DNA from: a candidate division FCPU426 bacterium
GTDB taxonomy: Bacteria > Oederibacteriota > PGYV01 > Palsa-1178
NCBI GenBank assembly: GCA_963840035.1
Contig: CAWIXE010000002.1
Span: forward strand, 1,440,001-1,504,000
DNA length: 64,000 nt
Direction: 5' to 3'
The notes under the pieces are model-generated. The model searched no databases, was not told the DNA's origin, and saw only the letters and a list, made by a program, of their open reading frames with translations. Both the position numbers and the translations under genes were made by a program. Position 1 is the stretch's first letter. Each line of letters starts with the position of its first letter. Positions 39,141 to 48,904 of the stretch are shown here, in pieces.

Positions 39141-39881
39141 TTACCTTCCCATCTGCGTCGGGTCAAACGTATGGTCAGGAAGGCTTTCCAGCGCATCCAT
39201 ACTTTTAAGCTCAACTTCGGTATATGACCCGGCTTCCAGAAGGTCTTCCATCTTCATTACCGTCGGCCTTGTCAATCCGCCAAGCGGCGCTATCTTTGAC
39301 ATTATCATTTTCTTTATGGCTTTTCCCGATAAACCGTAATATGTCATTTCCGTTGGTATCTTTGTCGTATCGTCAAGCCACATGGTAATCCTCGCGTACG
39401 CGACATCCTTCTTTTTCGCCTTCAAATCTATGAGTATCAGTGTGCCTTTCTGATCGGTAATTGAGGCTGAATAATTGTCTTCCCAGCCTGATTCTGCCAG
39501 GTCCTCATTGGAGAAGGTCGAACCCATAAAACTCTGCTTTGCAGTCAGCCTGATGGGCCTTGAAATGTCAGGCATGTACATCCACAGGTTGTCACCGCTC
39601 ATGAGGATCTTCTTGCCTTTGTCCCTTGCAGGATACGTTATTTTCATAAGCGACTTGTCAGTACCTTTGGACAAAATTTCAAAGGTATTTGACAGCGGCT
39701 TTCTGCCCGCCCTGATAGTAGTCATGGTCATGGTGGACTTATATACTTCAGGATACAGGCTCTTATCCACGGTCTTAAGCAGCCCTTCGGCGTATTCCTT
39801 GGTATACTTGGCGTCAAGTGCGAACAAAGAAACTCCGGTTGCTATTATCAAAGCCATAACTAATAACGCTGTCTTTTTCAT
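39141..39881 (-). CDS. LolA-like 'outer membrane lipoprotein-sorting' protein
   Basis: Signal peptide; PARDKG..IL, LWMYMP, SFMGSTFSNEDL. Confidence 0.85.
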   Translation of the reverse strand: MKKTALLVMALIIATGVSLFALDAKYTKEYAEGLLKTVDKSLYPEVYKSTMTMTTIRAGRKPLSNTFEILSKGTDKSLMKITYPARDKGKKILMSGDNLWMYMPDISRPIRLTAKQSFMGSTFSNEDLAESGWEDNYSASITDQKGTLILIDLKAKKKDVAYARITMWLDDTTKIPTEMTYYGLSGKAIKKMIMSKIAPLGGLTRPTVMKMEDLLEAGSYTEVELKSMDALESLPDHTFDPTQMGR

Positions 39882-39991
39882 AATTCACACTCCTTTGCGT
39901 ATTGAGCCCAAAGCTCAAGTTGTTTTAAATCCTTATCCCTGCCTTGCCCGTTTTTCCCTGGGCTATGGGCTTTGGGCTATTATTCCCTTTC

Positions 39992-41239
39992 CTACCTTAC
40001 ACCCCTCTGTAACGACTTCACTATGTTCATCTCGGAAGCCAGCTTCGCCGGGAAGTACGCTCCGCACAGACCTGCGGCAAGACATATCAGTGCTGATATC
40101 ACCCAGTCAGAAAATGTATTTACCGACTTTAAAACCTCAGACATCGGCAGGTTGTTCGTGGATGCCGACTTCATCATGTCCAGGATTAATCCGTGGACAT
40201 TTAAATAATAAACCAGCGGGCCGGATAATATCCATCCCAGTAATACGCCGAATACAGCCAGGAGCATGCCTTCCACAAGGTACATCCACATGATGGATCT
40301 CTTGTCAAAACCCATGGCGCGCAGCGTCCCTATTTCCGCTGTCCGTTCAAGTACTGACATGGTCATGGTATTGACAACTATAAAGAATGAGAGGAATAGG
40401 AATATCATCACAAACACCGAGAAACTTCCCATCTTCGCCTTTGCCAGCTCAAAAAGGTCGGCGTTCTCCTCTTTCCAGTCCATAACAACGAGCGCCGGGA
40501 ACCGCTTTTCAACAATAGCTTTTATATATTTTTTTGCCTGGTCTGTGTTGGAGGTCTTATCAAGCCTTATTATTATTTCCGTGGCTTTATTATCCATGTC
40601 CAGCAGCCTTGCCGCGAATTTATACGGTATATATACATTCAATTTCTCCATTGCTTCAAAACCCACCGAATATATTCCCGATACATTTACATCGTCAAGG
40701 TTGTTCATGTTCCCTACGGTCTGGGAGAACAGCAGCGCGGATGAGCCTTCCTTGAGTTCAAGCATTTCCGCAAGTTTTCCGCCTATCATAACGGAAGCGC
40801 CGTTTTGAGGAAGGCCGCTTCCTTTTATGCTGTTATACGCAGTAAGTATCTTTTTTTCTTTTTCCATGTCTATCCCGTGGATCAGGACACCGTATTTTTT
40901 CTTTGAGTTTGAAATAATTCCGTCATGTATCAGCCTCGGGGACGCAGCTACAAGGTGCGGGGTGTCTTTTATGGCCGCGATTACAGCCTCCGGATTATCT
41001 ATGGACATATCCAGCGGCAGTGTTGTTTTCAGCGCCGGATACTGCTTATTGTATATTTTTATATGGCCGGTCCTTAAGTCTATCAGCCTCTCGTAAAGCG
41101 CGTCAAACTGCCCCTTTACCATGCCGAACCCTAAAAGCATCATGAATACTGAGACTGCAAATGAAAGCATGTTAAGCGTGGACCTGCGCTTGTTCTTTAC
41201 AACATTGCGTAAAGCTATGCCGAATATTTGGGTGTTCAT
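39992..41239 (-). CDS. ABC permease, LolC/E-FtsX/MacB family (type B, copy 2)
   Basis: ALRNV..NKRRS, GHIKIY, ERTAEIGTLRAMG; 4-TM topology. Confidence 0.9.
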   Translation of the reverse strand: MNTQIFGIALRNVVKNKRRSTLNMLSFAVSVFMMLLGFGMVKGQFDALYERLIDLRTGHIKIYNKQYPALKTTLPLDMSIDNPEAVIAAIKDTPHLVAASPRLIHDGIISNSKKKYGVLIHGIDMEKEKKILTAYNSIKGSGLPQNGASVMIGGKLAEMLELKEGSSALLFSQTVGNMNNLDDVNVSGIYSVGFEAMEKLNVYIPYKFAARLLDMDNKATEIIIRLDKTSNTDQAKKYIKAIVEKRFPALVVMDWKEENADLFELAKAKMGSFSVFVMIFLFLSFFIVVNTMTMSVLERTAEIGTLRAMGFDKRSIMWMYLVEGMLLAVFGVLLGWILSGPLVYYLNVHGLILDMMKSASTNNLPMSEVLKSVNTFSDWVISALICLAAGLCGAYFPAKLASEMNIVKSLQRGVR

Positions 41240-42474
41240 TCTGTCACCCTCATTACATCGGCAGGTTTCTTGCCGATGGCTAAGAGCGCCGGATATGATG
41301 AAGCCACGACAGATATCAAAATGCCGGTGAGTACGACTACTGCCACAGAAGCAGGCAGGAATACCGTGCCCATGGTCGCGTCAATGGAACCCATGGCTGT
41401 GCCCTGCATGGTCCTGAACATCCTTTCGTAATTGAACGGGTGCGCCTGATAGTACAGGACAAGCATTGTACCCGGTATTATTGCCATCACAGTGCCGATA
41501 ACCCCGAGTATGAATGATTCCGTTGTTATCATAAGGAACATCTGCCGTTTCCCGAGCCCCATGGCCCTCATGGTTCCGAATTCCGGAAGCCTGTTCATGA
41601 TGTTCATAAGAAATGAATTGATGATGCCCACGGAAGCCCCGAAGATTATGATAAAAGACATTATGAATACCGATACCCCAAGCACCTGCAAATAAGAGAC
41701 CAGGAACAGCTGCTCTTTTTGCCACGGCACAGCAGCCGCGTTCTCGGGAAGCACCTTTTCAAGTGTTGCAGCCATTTCCTGCGCCGCCATGGGATCGTCA
41801 ATATTTACCATTATCTTGGTTGCTGCGCCGCTTATGGACAGCAGCTTCTGCGCCAGCGGCAGTCCGCATACAAGCCCGCGTTCGTCAAGCTGCGCCGAGA
41901 AGGTCTTATAAATACCGGCTATAGTGCCTTCCACAGCGCTGATAGAGCCGTACTGGTCAACGGACAGAAGTACCAGTTTGTCTCCGGGTTTTAACCCGAG
42001 TATTTCAGCCCCGCGCTTTCCTATTATAATGTCAGTGCCTTTCTTTATAAATGACCCGCTTATAATGGACGCCGCCAGCCTCTGATAATTCTCAGAAGCC
42101 TTTTCAGGGTCTATGGCGTGGATATAACATTCAAGGTTCTTTTTTTCCGTATTTGCGATAGCCCCGAAGTTTATCTCAGGCCTTACAGACTTTACGCCGG
42201 GAACGCTTTTAAGCGCCTTTAAAAATTGCGGGTCAAGCTTTACGTTGTATTCATTCATGGTAAAATCCATCTCTTTATAGAAAGTCTTATCATAAATATT
42301 GATATGCCCGGAGTCGTTTAAGTAGTCTCCGGTAAGTTTTGCCTTAAACCCGTCCGTAAAAGCCACGCCGAACTGCATTATGAATACGCAGATAAATATG
42401 ACAAGAAGTATGGTAAGACTGGTCCTCCTGTTCTTTATGATGTTACCTATAGCAAGCTTAAGGAACATAAACAT
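41236..42474 (-). CDS. ABC permease, LolC/E-FtsX/MacB family (type A, copy 2)
   Basis: LAIGNI.KN.R, DQYGSI.AVEG, RLPEFGTMRAMG. Confidence 0.9.
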   Translation of the reverse strand: MFMFLKLAIGNIIKNRRTSLTILLVIFICVFIMQFGVAFTDGFKAKLTGDYLNDSGHINIYDKTFYKEMDFTMNEYNVKLDPQFLKALKSVPGVKSVRPEINFGAIANTEKKNLECYIHAIDPEKASENYQRLAASIISGSFIKKGTDIIIGKRGAEILGLKPGDKLVLLSVDQYGSISAVEGTIAGIYKTFSAQLDERGLVCGLPLAQKLLSISGAATKIMVNIDDPMAAQEMAATLEKVLPENAAAVPWQKEQLFLVSYLQVLGVSVFIMSFIIIFGASVGIINSFLMNIMNRLPEFGTMRAMGLGKRQMFLMITTESFILGVIGTVMAIIPGTMLVLYYQAHPFNYERMFRTMQGTAMGSIDATMGTVFLPASVAVVVLTGILISVVASSYPALLAIGKKPADVMRVTE

Positions 42475-42577
42475 ATTTTTCTCCTGTACAGGGTTTTACA
42501 ATCATCTTCCCTTATACATGTATTATACTCTACAAACCGCTAAATCCGCAATCTACTATCCGCAATCCGCAATTTCC

Positions 42578-43822
42578 CTACCTTACCCCCCTCTTAAGGG
42601 CCTCAACTATATTCGTCTCAGCCGCCTTGTTAGACGGGTATACCGCGCCTATCGCACCCGCTATCATGCAAACAGTTCCGGCTATCAGCCAGTCGGAAAA
42701 ATGATTCATTGCTTTCATCACAGGCTCAAAAGGGACGTTTAAATCCCCGACCCCCATTTCTTTTATGCTGATTCCATGAACATTCAGGTAGTATACCAGC
42801 GGCAGCACAAGCAACCCGCCAAGAATAACCCCGAGCCCGGATAGCGTCATGCCTTCAATAAAGAAGATCGCGCGGACCTGCCCTTTCGACAGCCCGATGG
42901 CCCTCATCGTGCCAATTTCCGCGGTCCTTTCAAAAACGCTTATTGTCAGTGTGTTTATTATAATAAAGACCGCGAGAAAAAGCAGTATTCCAAATATTAT
43001 GCCATAGCTTATAAAGTCCATTTTAGCGGCGGCAATCAGCGAAGGCTGCTCTTCCATCCAGTCGCGCACTACAAGCCCGGGAAATTCCTTATCAACAACG
43101 TTCCTGATATATTTTTTTGCCTCCGCGACATTATCCCTGCTGTCGAGCCTGACTATTATCTCCGTGGCTTCCCCTCCCATGTCGAGGAAATCCGAAACAA
43201 AACCATAATCGGCATATACAACCATTTTCTCCATGAAAGGAAATCCAGCGGAATAAAAACCGGTTGCCGTGGAATCCACGAGGTTGTTTGCTTTTTGCTT
43301 TGTCTGCCCGTATACAAGCAGCGGATCCCCCTCTTTAATTTTCAGCAATTCAGCAAGCCTTTTGCCGACGAGCAGCCCTGACGAACCCTTTTGCGGCGGA
43401 TTACCCGTCACTTTATTGAATACGGATGATATCTTTTTCCCTTTTTCAAAATTAACCCCGTTTAGCACAACCCCTGTTTTGCGTTTTGTATTGCTTAAGA
43501 TGCAGTCCTTTGTTATCCTCGCGTCAGCCGCCACAAAATGAGGTGCCTTGCTTATGGCCGCGATAACCGCTCCGGGGTCCTTTATTGTCAGGTCCAGCGG
43601 CATCCTTCTTTTTTCCCCCACATAAGCGCTGTTATATATCTTAAAATGGCCGCTTGAGAGGTCTATGGACTTTTCAAACATGAGGTTATACTGCCCGGTT
43701 ATCATGCCCAGCAGCGCCACCAGGGCAAACATATTAGCTGCAAAAGTAAGGGCGTTCAAAAGCGAGCGCCTTTTCTGCTTAAAAACATTGTTTAATGCTA
43801 TCTTTATTATTTTTCTGATCAT
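42578..43822 (-). CDS. ABC permease, LolC/E-FtsX/MacB family (type B, copy 1)
   Basis: ALNNV.KQKRRS, GHFKIY, ERTAEIGTMRAIG. Confidence 0.9.
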   Translation of the reverse strand: MIRKIIKIALNNVFKQKRRSLLNALTFAANMFALVALLGMITGQYNLMFEKSIDLSSGHFKIYNSAYVGEKRRMPLDLTIKDPGAVIAAISKAPHFVAADARITKDCILSNTKRKTGVVLNGVNFEKGKKISSVFNKVTGNPPQKGSSGLLVGKRLAELLKIKEGDPLLVYGQTKQKANNLVDSTATGFYSAGFPFMEKMVVYADYGFVSDFLDMGGEATEIIVRLDSRDNVAEAKKYIRNVVDKEFPGLVVRDWMEEQPSLIAAAKMDFISYGIIFGILLFLAVFIIINTLTISVFERTAEIGTMRAIGLSKGQVRAIFFIEGMTLSGLGVILGGLLVLPLVYYLNVHGISIKEMGVGDLNVPFEPVMKAMNHFSDWLIAGTVCMIAGAIGAVYPSNKAAETNIVEALKRGVR

Positions 43823-45051
43823 TCCAGCACCCTCAAAATGTCGACAGGCTTCTTACTGACAGCTGTTATGGCCGGATACAGCGAAGCCAGGACCGATATA
43901 AGTATTCCGGTAACAGCCGTTACAATTACGCCCCCCGGTGTCAGGGCAGTCCCAATGAGCGAATCAAGCCCTTTAAAAGAGCTCATCATATCCCCCATTG
44001 CCTCATAATTAATCGGGTTTATCTGGAAATAATATACTAGCGCTATTGCCGGGATTAACCCGGCTATGGTCCCTATGACGCCCTCCAGGAAAGATTCCGC
44101 CATTATCATCATGAACAACTGACTCTTCCCGAGCCCCATCGCCCGGAGCACTCCGAACTCAGGCAGCCTGCTCATAACATTCATCAGAAATGAGTTTATT
44201 ATTCCGAGCCCGGCGACGAATACTATTATGCTTGCCATGATATACACGGCAATGTCCATGCTCTCTATCATGTATTTGATCATGGGCTGTTCCTTATTCC
44301 ACGGCACGCAGATCACACCCTCCTGCAGCGCCTTTTGCATATCTGCCGAGGCATGTTCAGCGCTAAAAGGATCCTTTATATTTATCATTATTTCAGTTAC
44401 CCTGCCTTCCATGGCAAGCAATTTTTGCGCCAGCGGCAGCGCGCAGATGACAAGTCCTTCCTCCTCGGGCGGATTATAATTCCTGAAAAATCCGCTCACC
44501 CTTCCTTCAACGGCGTTTATGGAGCCATACTGGTCCATCGTTAAAAGGATCAGGCTGTCCCCGATTTTCAATTTAAGCAGGGCCGCCATCTTTATGCCGA
44601 TTACCAAATCGCCGGGTTTTTTTATAAAGTTTCCCTGTACAACCGTTTTTTTAAGCTTTTCATACTGCCCTCCGGCAGCCTCAGGGTCAAGCGCGCGCAC
44701 AAGCGTTTCCTGGTTTGAGTATTCGCTGTTAGCCATGGCCCCGAAATTTATCTCCGGCCTTACCGAAACAACGCCCGGCATTGAAAGGATTTTTTCCTCA
44801 GACTTTTTATTCCATTCCACGTTTTCTTCGACCGGCGCGAAATCAAGATTGTTATAATAGCCCGCATTGTATATCTTGACATGTCCAATCGCGCTTAAAG
44901 CCTCGTTAATTATCTTTAATTTAAACCCGTCCATGTATCCGTAAGTAAACTCCATGGCGAACACGCTTATAAACACGGCAATAAGTATGGTCAGGGTATT
45001 CCTGCCGTTCTTGAAAATATTGCCAAGCGCAAGCCTTAAAAAGAAAAACAT
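43819..45051 (-). CDS. ABC permease, LolC/E-FtsX/MacB family (type A, copy 1)
   Basis: LALGNI.KN.R, DQYGSINAVEG, RLPEFGVLRAMG. Confidence 0.9.
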   Translation of the reverse strand: MFFFLRLALGNIFKNGRNTLTILIAVFISVFAMEFTYGYMDGFKLKIINEALSAIGHVKIYNAGYYNNLDFAPVEENVEWNKKSEEKILSMPGVVSVRPEINFGAMANSEYSNQETLVRALDPEAAGGQYEKLKKTVVQGNFIKKPGDLVIGIKMAALLKLKIGDSLILLTMDQYGSINAVEGRVSGFFRNYNPPEEEGLVICALPLAQKLLAMEGRVTEIMINIKDPFSAEHASADMQKALQEGVICVPWNKEQPMIKYMIESMDIAVYIMASIIVFVAGLGIINSFLMNVMSRLPEFGVLRAMGLGKSQLFMMIMAESFLEGVIGTIAGLIPAIALVYYFQINPINYEAMGDMMSSFKGLDSLIGTALTPGGVIVTAVTGILISVLASLYPAITAVSKKPVDILRVLE

Positions 45052-45066
45052 GTTTTCACCTGTTTC

Positions 45067-45690
45067 CTATTTATAAATCCCGTATTTTAAAGCCTTATAA
45101 ACAATCTCCATCTTCCGTTTGTAAAACCCTATCATCTTTGCCGGGGTCATGGTGTCATCCGCCTTCATTGCCATTTCATTATCCAGCGCCGAGTCTATAA
45201 GCAGAAGGAGCTCGCCTATCTCTTCCTGCTTAAACCTCAGGTTTGATGTATCAAGCCCGTGAAAGAACATTGCCATAACCGGTTTAATTTTATTCTCAAG
45301 CGCGGCCCTGGTCTTTAGCTGCATTCCGCCGCCGGCCCTTGAGAGCTTCATAAAGAGCTTAAAAAGCCGCGGCTCCTCTTTTTCCCATTCACACGCTTCC
45401 ATCTGCATGGCCACAAACCTGTCGAGTATGTCCGGCGGCAGGTCGTGCATTTTACTGCTCATACGCGTGATAAAATGGTCAAAAGCATGCTCGACTATAT
45501 GCCGGAACATGTGTTCTTTATTTCCAAAATATTTAAATATGCTGCCTTTTGCTATGCCCGCCTTTTTCGCGATGCGGTTAGTGGACGCCATATCATACCC
45601 AACCTCGGCAAACTCATCTATGCAGGCATGGATAATGCGCTCCTGTTTTTCCCTGCTTAACTTCTCAAAAATGCCTTCAGTCTTTTTCAT
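45067..45690 (-). CDS. TetR/AcrR-family transcriptional regulator
   Basis: EFAEVGY..ASTNRIAKKAGIAKGSIFKYF.NKE HTH. Confidence 0.93.
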   Translation of the reverse strand: MKKTEGIFEKLSREKQERIIHACIDEFAEVGYDMASTNRIAKKAGIAKGSIFKYFGNKEHMFRHIVEHAFDHFITRMSSKMHDLPPDILDRFVAMQMEACEWEKEEPRLFKLFMKLSRAGGGMQLKTRAALENKIKPVMAMFFHGLDTSNLRFKQEEIGELLLLIDSALDNEMAMKADDTMTPAKMIGFYKRKMEIVYKALKYGIYK

Positions 45691-45754
45691 ATTTTTCCTT
45701 TTGCACTGTTTTTAATATTTTCTTTGGGATTTGTGATTTGGGCTTTGTGATTAA

Positions 45755-46534
45755 TTATTTATCCTGGTCCGCGTAGCGCCACCAGGCTATTGTCGCGGCA
45801 ATTCCCGCCGCTCCTGTTATTAAGACTATTACCCAGCTTATCAGTCCCGGCTGAAGACCGGCGCCCTTTATCGCATATTGCATCGGAACCGACCACGGAT
45901 AGTACTCTCCGTATCCTATCACCTCGGTAAAATTGATGAACACAGCCGAGAGTATTACAAAGCCCACTGCCGCAAGATACCCCCTCGTAGCGCTTGCGAT
46001 AAAGGCTACCGTTGCATTCAGATATATCACGCCCAGCGTGGCGATAAACAGTTTTAGAAATGTATTTATTGCCGCTGCTTTGTCCCATAAAGGAAGCCCG
46101 ACAATAAACCCGCCCGCAATTGAAAAAATATAAACCAGGATAAAAATTGCGAAACACCAGACGGCAGCAACCGTCATTTTTGAAACCACGATAACCGCCC
46201 TCGGGATTGGAATGGCCAAAAGGTCCTTAACCGTCCTGTCAAGATATTCCCTGCCGAAGACCCAGCTGATTATAAATCCAAAAAGCACTATTTCAATACC
46301 GCATACAGCCTGCGTAAGGAACACAAAATACGAAGGCCAATCGGCAACGCCCATCAGTTTTGCCTTTGCCCCGACCAGCCCGAGCTTGCGCGAGAGTTCC
46401 GGATTTTTCAGGACAAACATCATAAATGACAGCATTGCCGGGATGAATGCCGACAGCACACAAGTAACCGGCAGCACGACGGAACTTACGGCTTTTTTAA
46501 ATTCAGCTTTTATTGATGCCGATATTCCGGTCAT
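45755..46534 (-). CDS. ABC-2 type permease (bacitracin/lantibiotic-resistance-like)
   Basis: Start reassigned to ATG 46534 (ATGA overlap with the ATPase stop); AEFKK, FGREY..RTVK.LL..P, 6 TM. Confidence 0.85.
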   Translation of the reverse strand: MTGISASIKAEFKKAVSSVVLPVTCVLSAFIPAMLSFMMFVLKNPELSRKLGLVGAKAKLMGVADWPSYFVFLTQAVCGIEIVLFGFIISWVFGREYLDRTVKDLLAIPIPRAVIVVSKMTVAAVWCFAIFILVYIFSIAGGFIVGLPLWDKAAAINTFLKLFIATLGVIYLNATVAFIASATRGYLAAVGFVILSAVFINFTEVIGYGEYYPWSVPMQYAIKGAGLQPGLISWVIVLITGAAGIAATIAWWRYADQDK

Positions 46535-47451
46535 CGCGCGCCACCATCCTCCCCGATAATACGCAGGAAGTATTCTTCCAGCCCTTCTTCCTCTATCTTC
46601 AGCATATAAGGCGGTATGCCCGATTTCACAAGCAGCTCCGCCACTTTTTCGGGATTCGACATAGCCTTCGCATCCGGAATAAAGATTGTGCATTCCCCGG
46701 AGATTTCAACCGGGTATCCCTTTGCCGAGAGAGCGCGCGCTGCCTTTTCCCTGTCTTTTACGCCTATTACAAGTTCTTTCTTTCTCAGCCTGTCAAGGCT
46801 CTCAAAATCAGCCTCCTGTATGAGCGCGCCTTTATGTATAATGCCAATGCGTGTTGCCAGCCTTGCCACTTCGCTTAATATATGGCTGGAAATGAATATA
46901 GTAACCCCTGATTCCGCGAGGGACTTTAGAAGCTCCCTTATTTCAACAATGCCTGCAGGGTCAAGCCCGTTAGCGGGCTCGTCAAGAATCAGTATCTCAG
47001 GCGAGTGAATTATTGCTTTTGCGATGCCGAGGCGCTGGGAATTTCCCAGGGAAAGGTTCTTTGCCTTCCTGTCCGCGTATTCATGGAGTTTCATCTTATC
47101 AATGGCGGCTTGAGCGGCTCCCGGCCCTTTTATGCCCCGAAGTGAGGAAAACATCTCAAGGTTTTCCCTGACTGTAAGTTCAGGATAGGCGTATGGCATC
47201 TCAACCAAATGCCCCACCTGCTTCCATATATCGTACTGCCCCGCGTCAACTTTTCTTCCATTTATATAAGCCGACCCTGATGTCGGCTTTATCATCCCGA
47301 GGAGCATACGTATGGTAGTCGTTTTCCCGGCGCCGTTTAACCCGAGGAACCCGTATATTTCCCCTTTTTTAACATTTAAGGAAACATTATTAACGGCTAA
47401 AACTTCCCTGTATTGTTTTGATATGTTTTCCGTGCTTATAACAAAATCCAT
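46531..47451 (-). CDS. ABC ATPase (BcrA-like)
   Basis: GLNGAGKTT, LSLGNSQRLGIA, DEPANGLDPAG, SSHIL. Confidence 0.93.
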   Translation of the reverse strand: MDFVISTENISKQYREVLAVNNVSLNVKKGEIYGFLGLNGAGKTTTIRMLLGMIKPTSGSAYINGRKVDAGQYDIWKQVGHLVEMPYAYPELTVRENLEMFSSLRGIKGPGAAQAAIDKMKLHEYADRKAKNLSLGNSQRLGIAKAIIHSPEILILDEPANGLDPAGIVEIRELLKSLAESGVTIFISSHILSEVARLATRIGIIHKGALIQEADFESLDRLRKKELVIGVKDREKAARALSAKGYPVEISGECTIFIPDAKAMSNPEKVAELLVKSGIPPYMLKIEEEGLEEYFLRIIGEDGGAR

Positions 47452-47532
47452 AAATACTCCTTTGTCTCAGCCCATCCGGATCGTGACTTTAATTGAAAAT
47501 TGTAAATAGAAAATTGAAAATTCGCCTTAATA

Positions 47533-47607
47533 TGACCACTCGGTCACTTTTAAATATATACACCCTCAAATGCCTCTTGTCAAGAAAAAAATGACCGCAT
47601 GGTCATT
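47533..47607 (-). promoter_or_regulatory. promoter flanked by two TGACC-N4-GGTCA palindromes (TetR operator candidates)
   Basis: TGACCACTCGGTCA at 47533-47546; AATGACCGCATGGTCATT at 47590-47607; TTGACA at 47578-47583; AT-rich -10 at about 47553-47560. Confidence 0.75.
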
Positions 47608-47731
47608 ATTAATACTAAGTCAAAAGTCAAAACTCAAAAGTCTAAAGCAGATCAAGTACTAAAACTACCCCTTGAAATCTCAAGTAAATAATTGTAAACT
47701 CAATTGTCTTAAGTAGCCGTAAGGTTCACTT

Positions 47732-47909
47732 GTACTATTAAGAAGATGTGTTTATAGCTTGTCATTGCGAGGAGCCGCTGTTGGTTTATGGCGACGAAGC
47801 AATCTCGTTTTCTCCTTATGGAACAGCGAGATTGCTTCGTCGGCAAGTAATAAAAACGCCTCCTCGCAATGACAAACCTAAAACTGTAAACAGAACATGT
47901 TAACAGTAC
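47732..47909. mobile_element. MITE-like element with palindromic core (47761-47873), inside inverted heptamer arrays
   Basis: Ends GTACTATTAA / TTAACAGTAC; homologous to 24297-24470. Confidence 0.75.
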
Positions 47910-47960
47910 CGTCTAATTTTAGTTTTTGAATTTTGACTTTTAACTTTATATGAGGTTTAT

Positions 47961-48896
47961 ATGACCCCGGATCAGATAAAAAGAGCTAAAACAGTCGCTT
48001 TTGGCATAAGAAAACGTGTGCTGGAGCATACCATCAATAATAACGGCGGTTACTTAAGCCAGGCCTGCTCTTCCGCCGATGTCCTTGCCGCGCTCTATTC
48101 CGGCTTGATGAAACTTGGCATGCCGTCAAAGCCTCTTGTCCCGAAACCTTTTCCCGGTGTCCCCGGGCCATATAATAAGGAATATTTCACCGGCGGCGAA
48201 TTTAACGGCCCTCATACCCCGGAATATGACCGCTTCATCCTCTCCCCTGCCCAGTACGCGCTTGTATTATACGCGTGCCTCATAGAGACAGGACGCATGG
48301 AGGAATCCGGGTTAAAACAGTTCAACAAGGACGGGTCCTCAGTGGAAATGATTGGCGCCGAGCATTCCCCCGGCATGGAAGTCACCAACGGTTCCCTCGG
48401 CCAGGCAATCAGCCAGGCAGCAGGCATTGCTTTAGCCAAGAAAATGAAAAAGGAAACCGGCCGCGTCTGGGTATTCAAATCAGACGGTGAATTCCAGATT
48501 GGCCAGACATGGGAAGCCATACAGTTCATGGTTTACCACAAACTTGATAACATGACCGTTTATGTCGATGTTAACGGCTACCAGTGTGACGGGAAAATGG
48601 ACGCTGTTATGTCCATCGAGCCGCTGGATAAACGGCTTGAAGCTTTTGGCTGCGTTGTATCGCGGATCAACGGACATGACATTGGCGCAATTGAAGCCGC
48701 CGCATCCGTACCCCATGTAGGCAGGCCGCTGGTGGTGATTTGCGATACCAGCGTAAGTGAAGGCTTGCCTGTCATAAATATCAGCGCCCCGAAGTTCCAC
48801 TATATACGCATGAAAAACGACGAAGAAAAACGCCTCTACAACGAAGCGCTCAATAACATGAAAGGACCCTCCGCCGGCAAAGCGGAAGGCATATAG
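47961..48896 (+). CDS. transketolase-like ThDP enzyme, N-terminal subunit (divergent active site)
   Basis: DRFILS, PGME..NGSLGQ, SDGEFQIG..WEA...DVNGYQCDG ThDP motif, NGHD. Confidence 0.9.
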   Translation: MTPDQIKRAKTVAFGIRKRVLEHTINNNGGYLSQACSSADVLAALYSGLMKLGMPSKPLVPKPFPGVPGPYNKEYFTGGEFNGPHTPEYDRFILSPAQYALVLYACLIETGRMEESGLKQFNKDGSSVEMIGAEHSPGMEVTNGSLGQAISQAAGIALAKKMKKETGRVWVFKSDGEFQIGQTWEAIQFMVYHKLDNMTVYVDVNGYQCDGKMDAVMSIEPLDKRLEAFGCVVSRINGHDIGAIEAAASVPHVGRPLVVICDTSVSEGLPVINISAPKFHYIRMKNDEEKRLYNEALNNMKGPSAGKAEGI

Positions 48897-48904
48897 GGGG
48901 CGTC

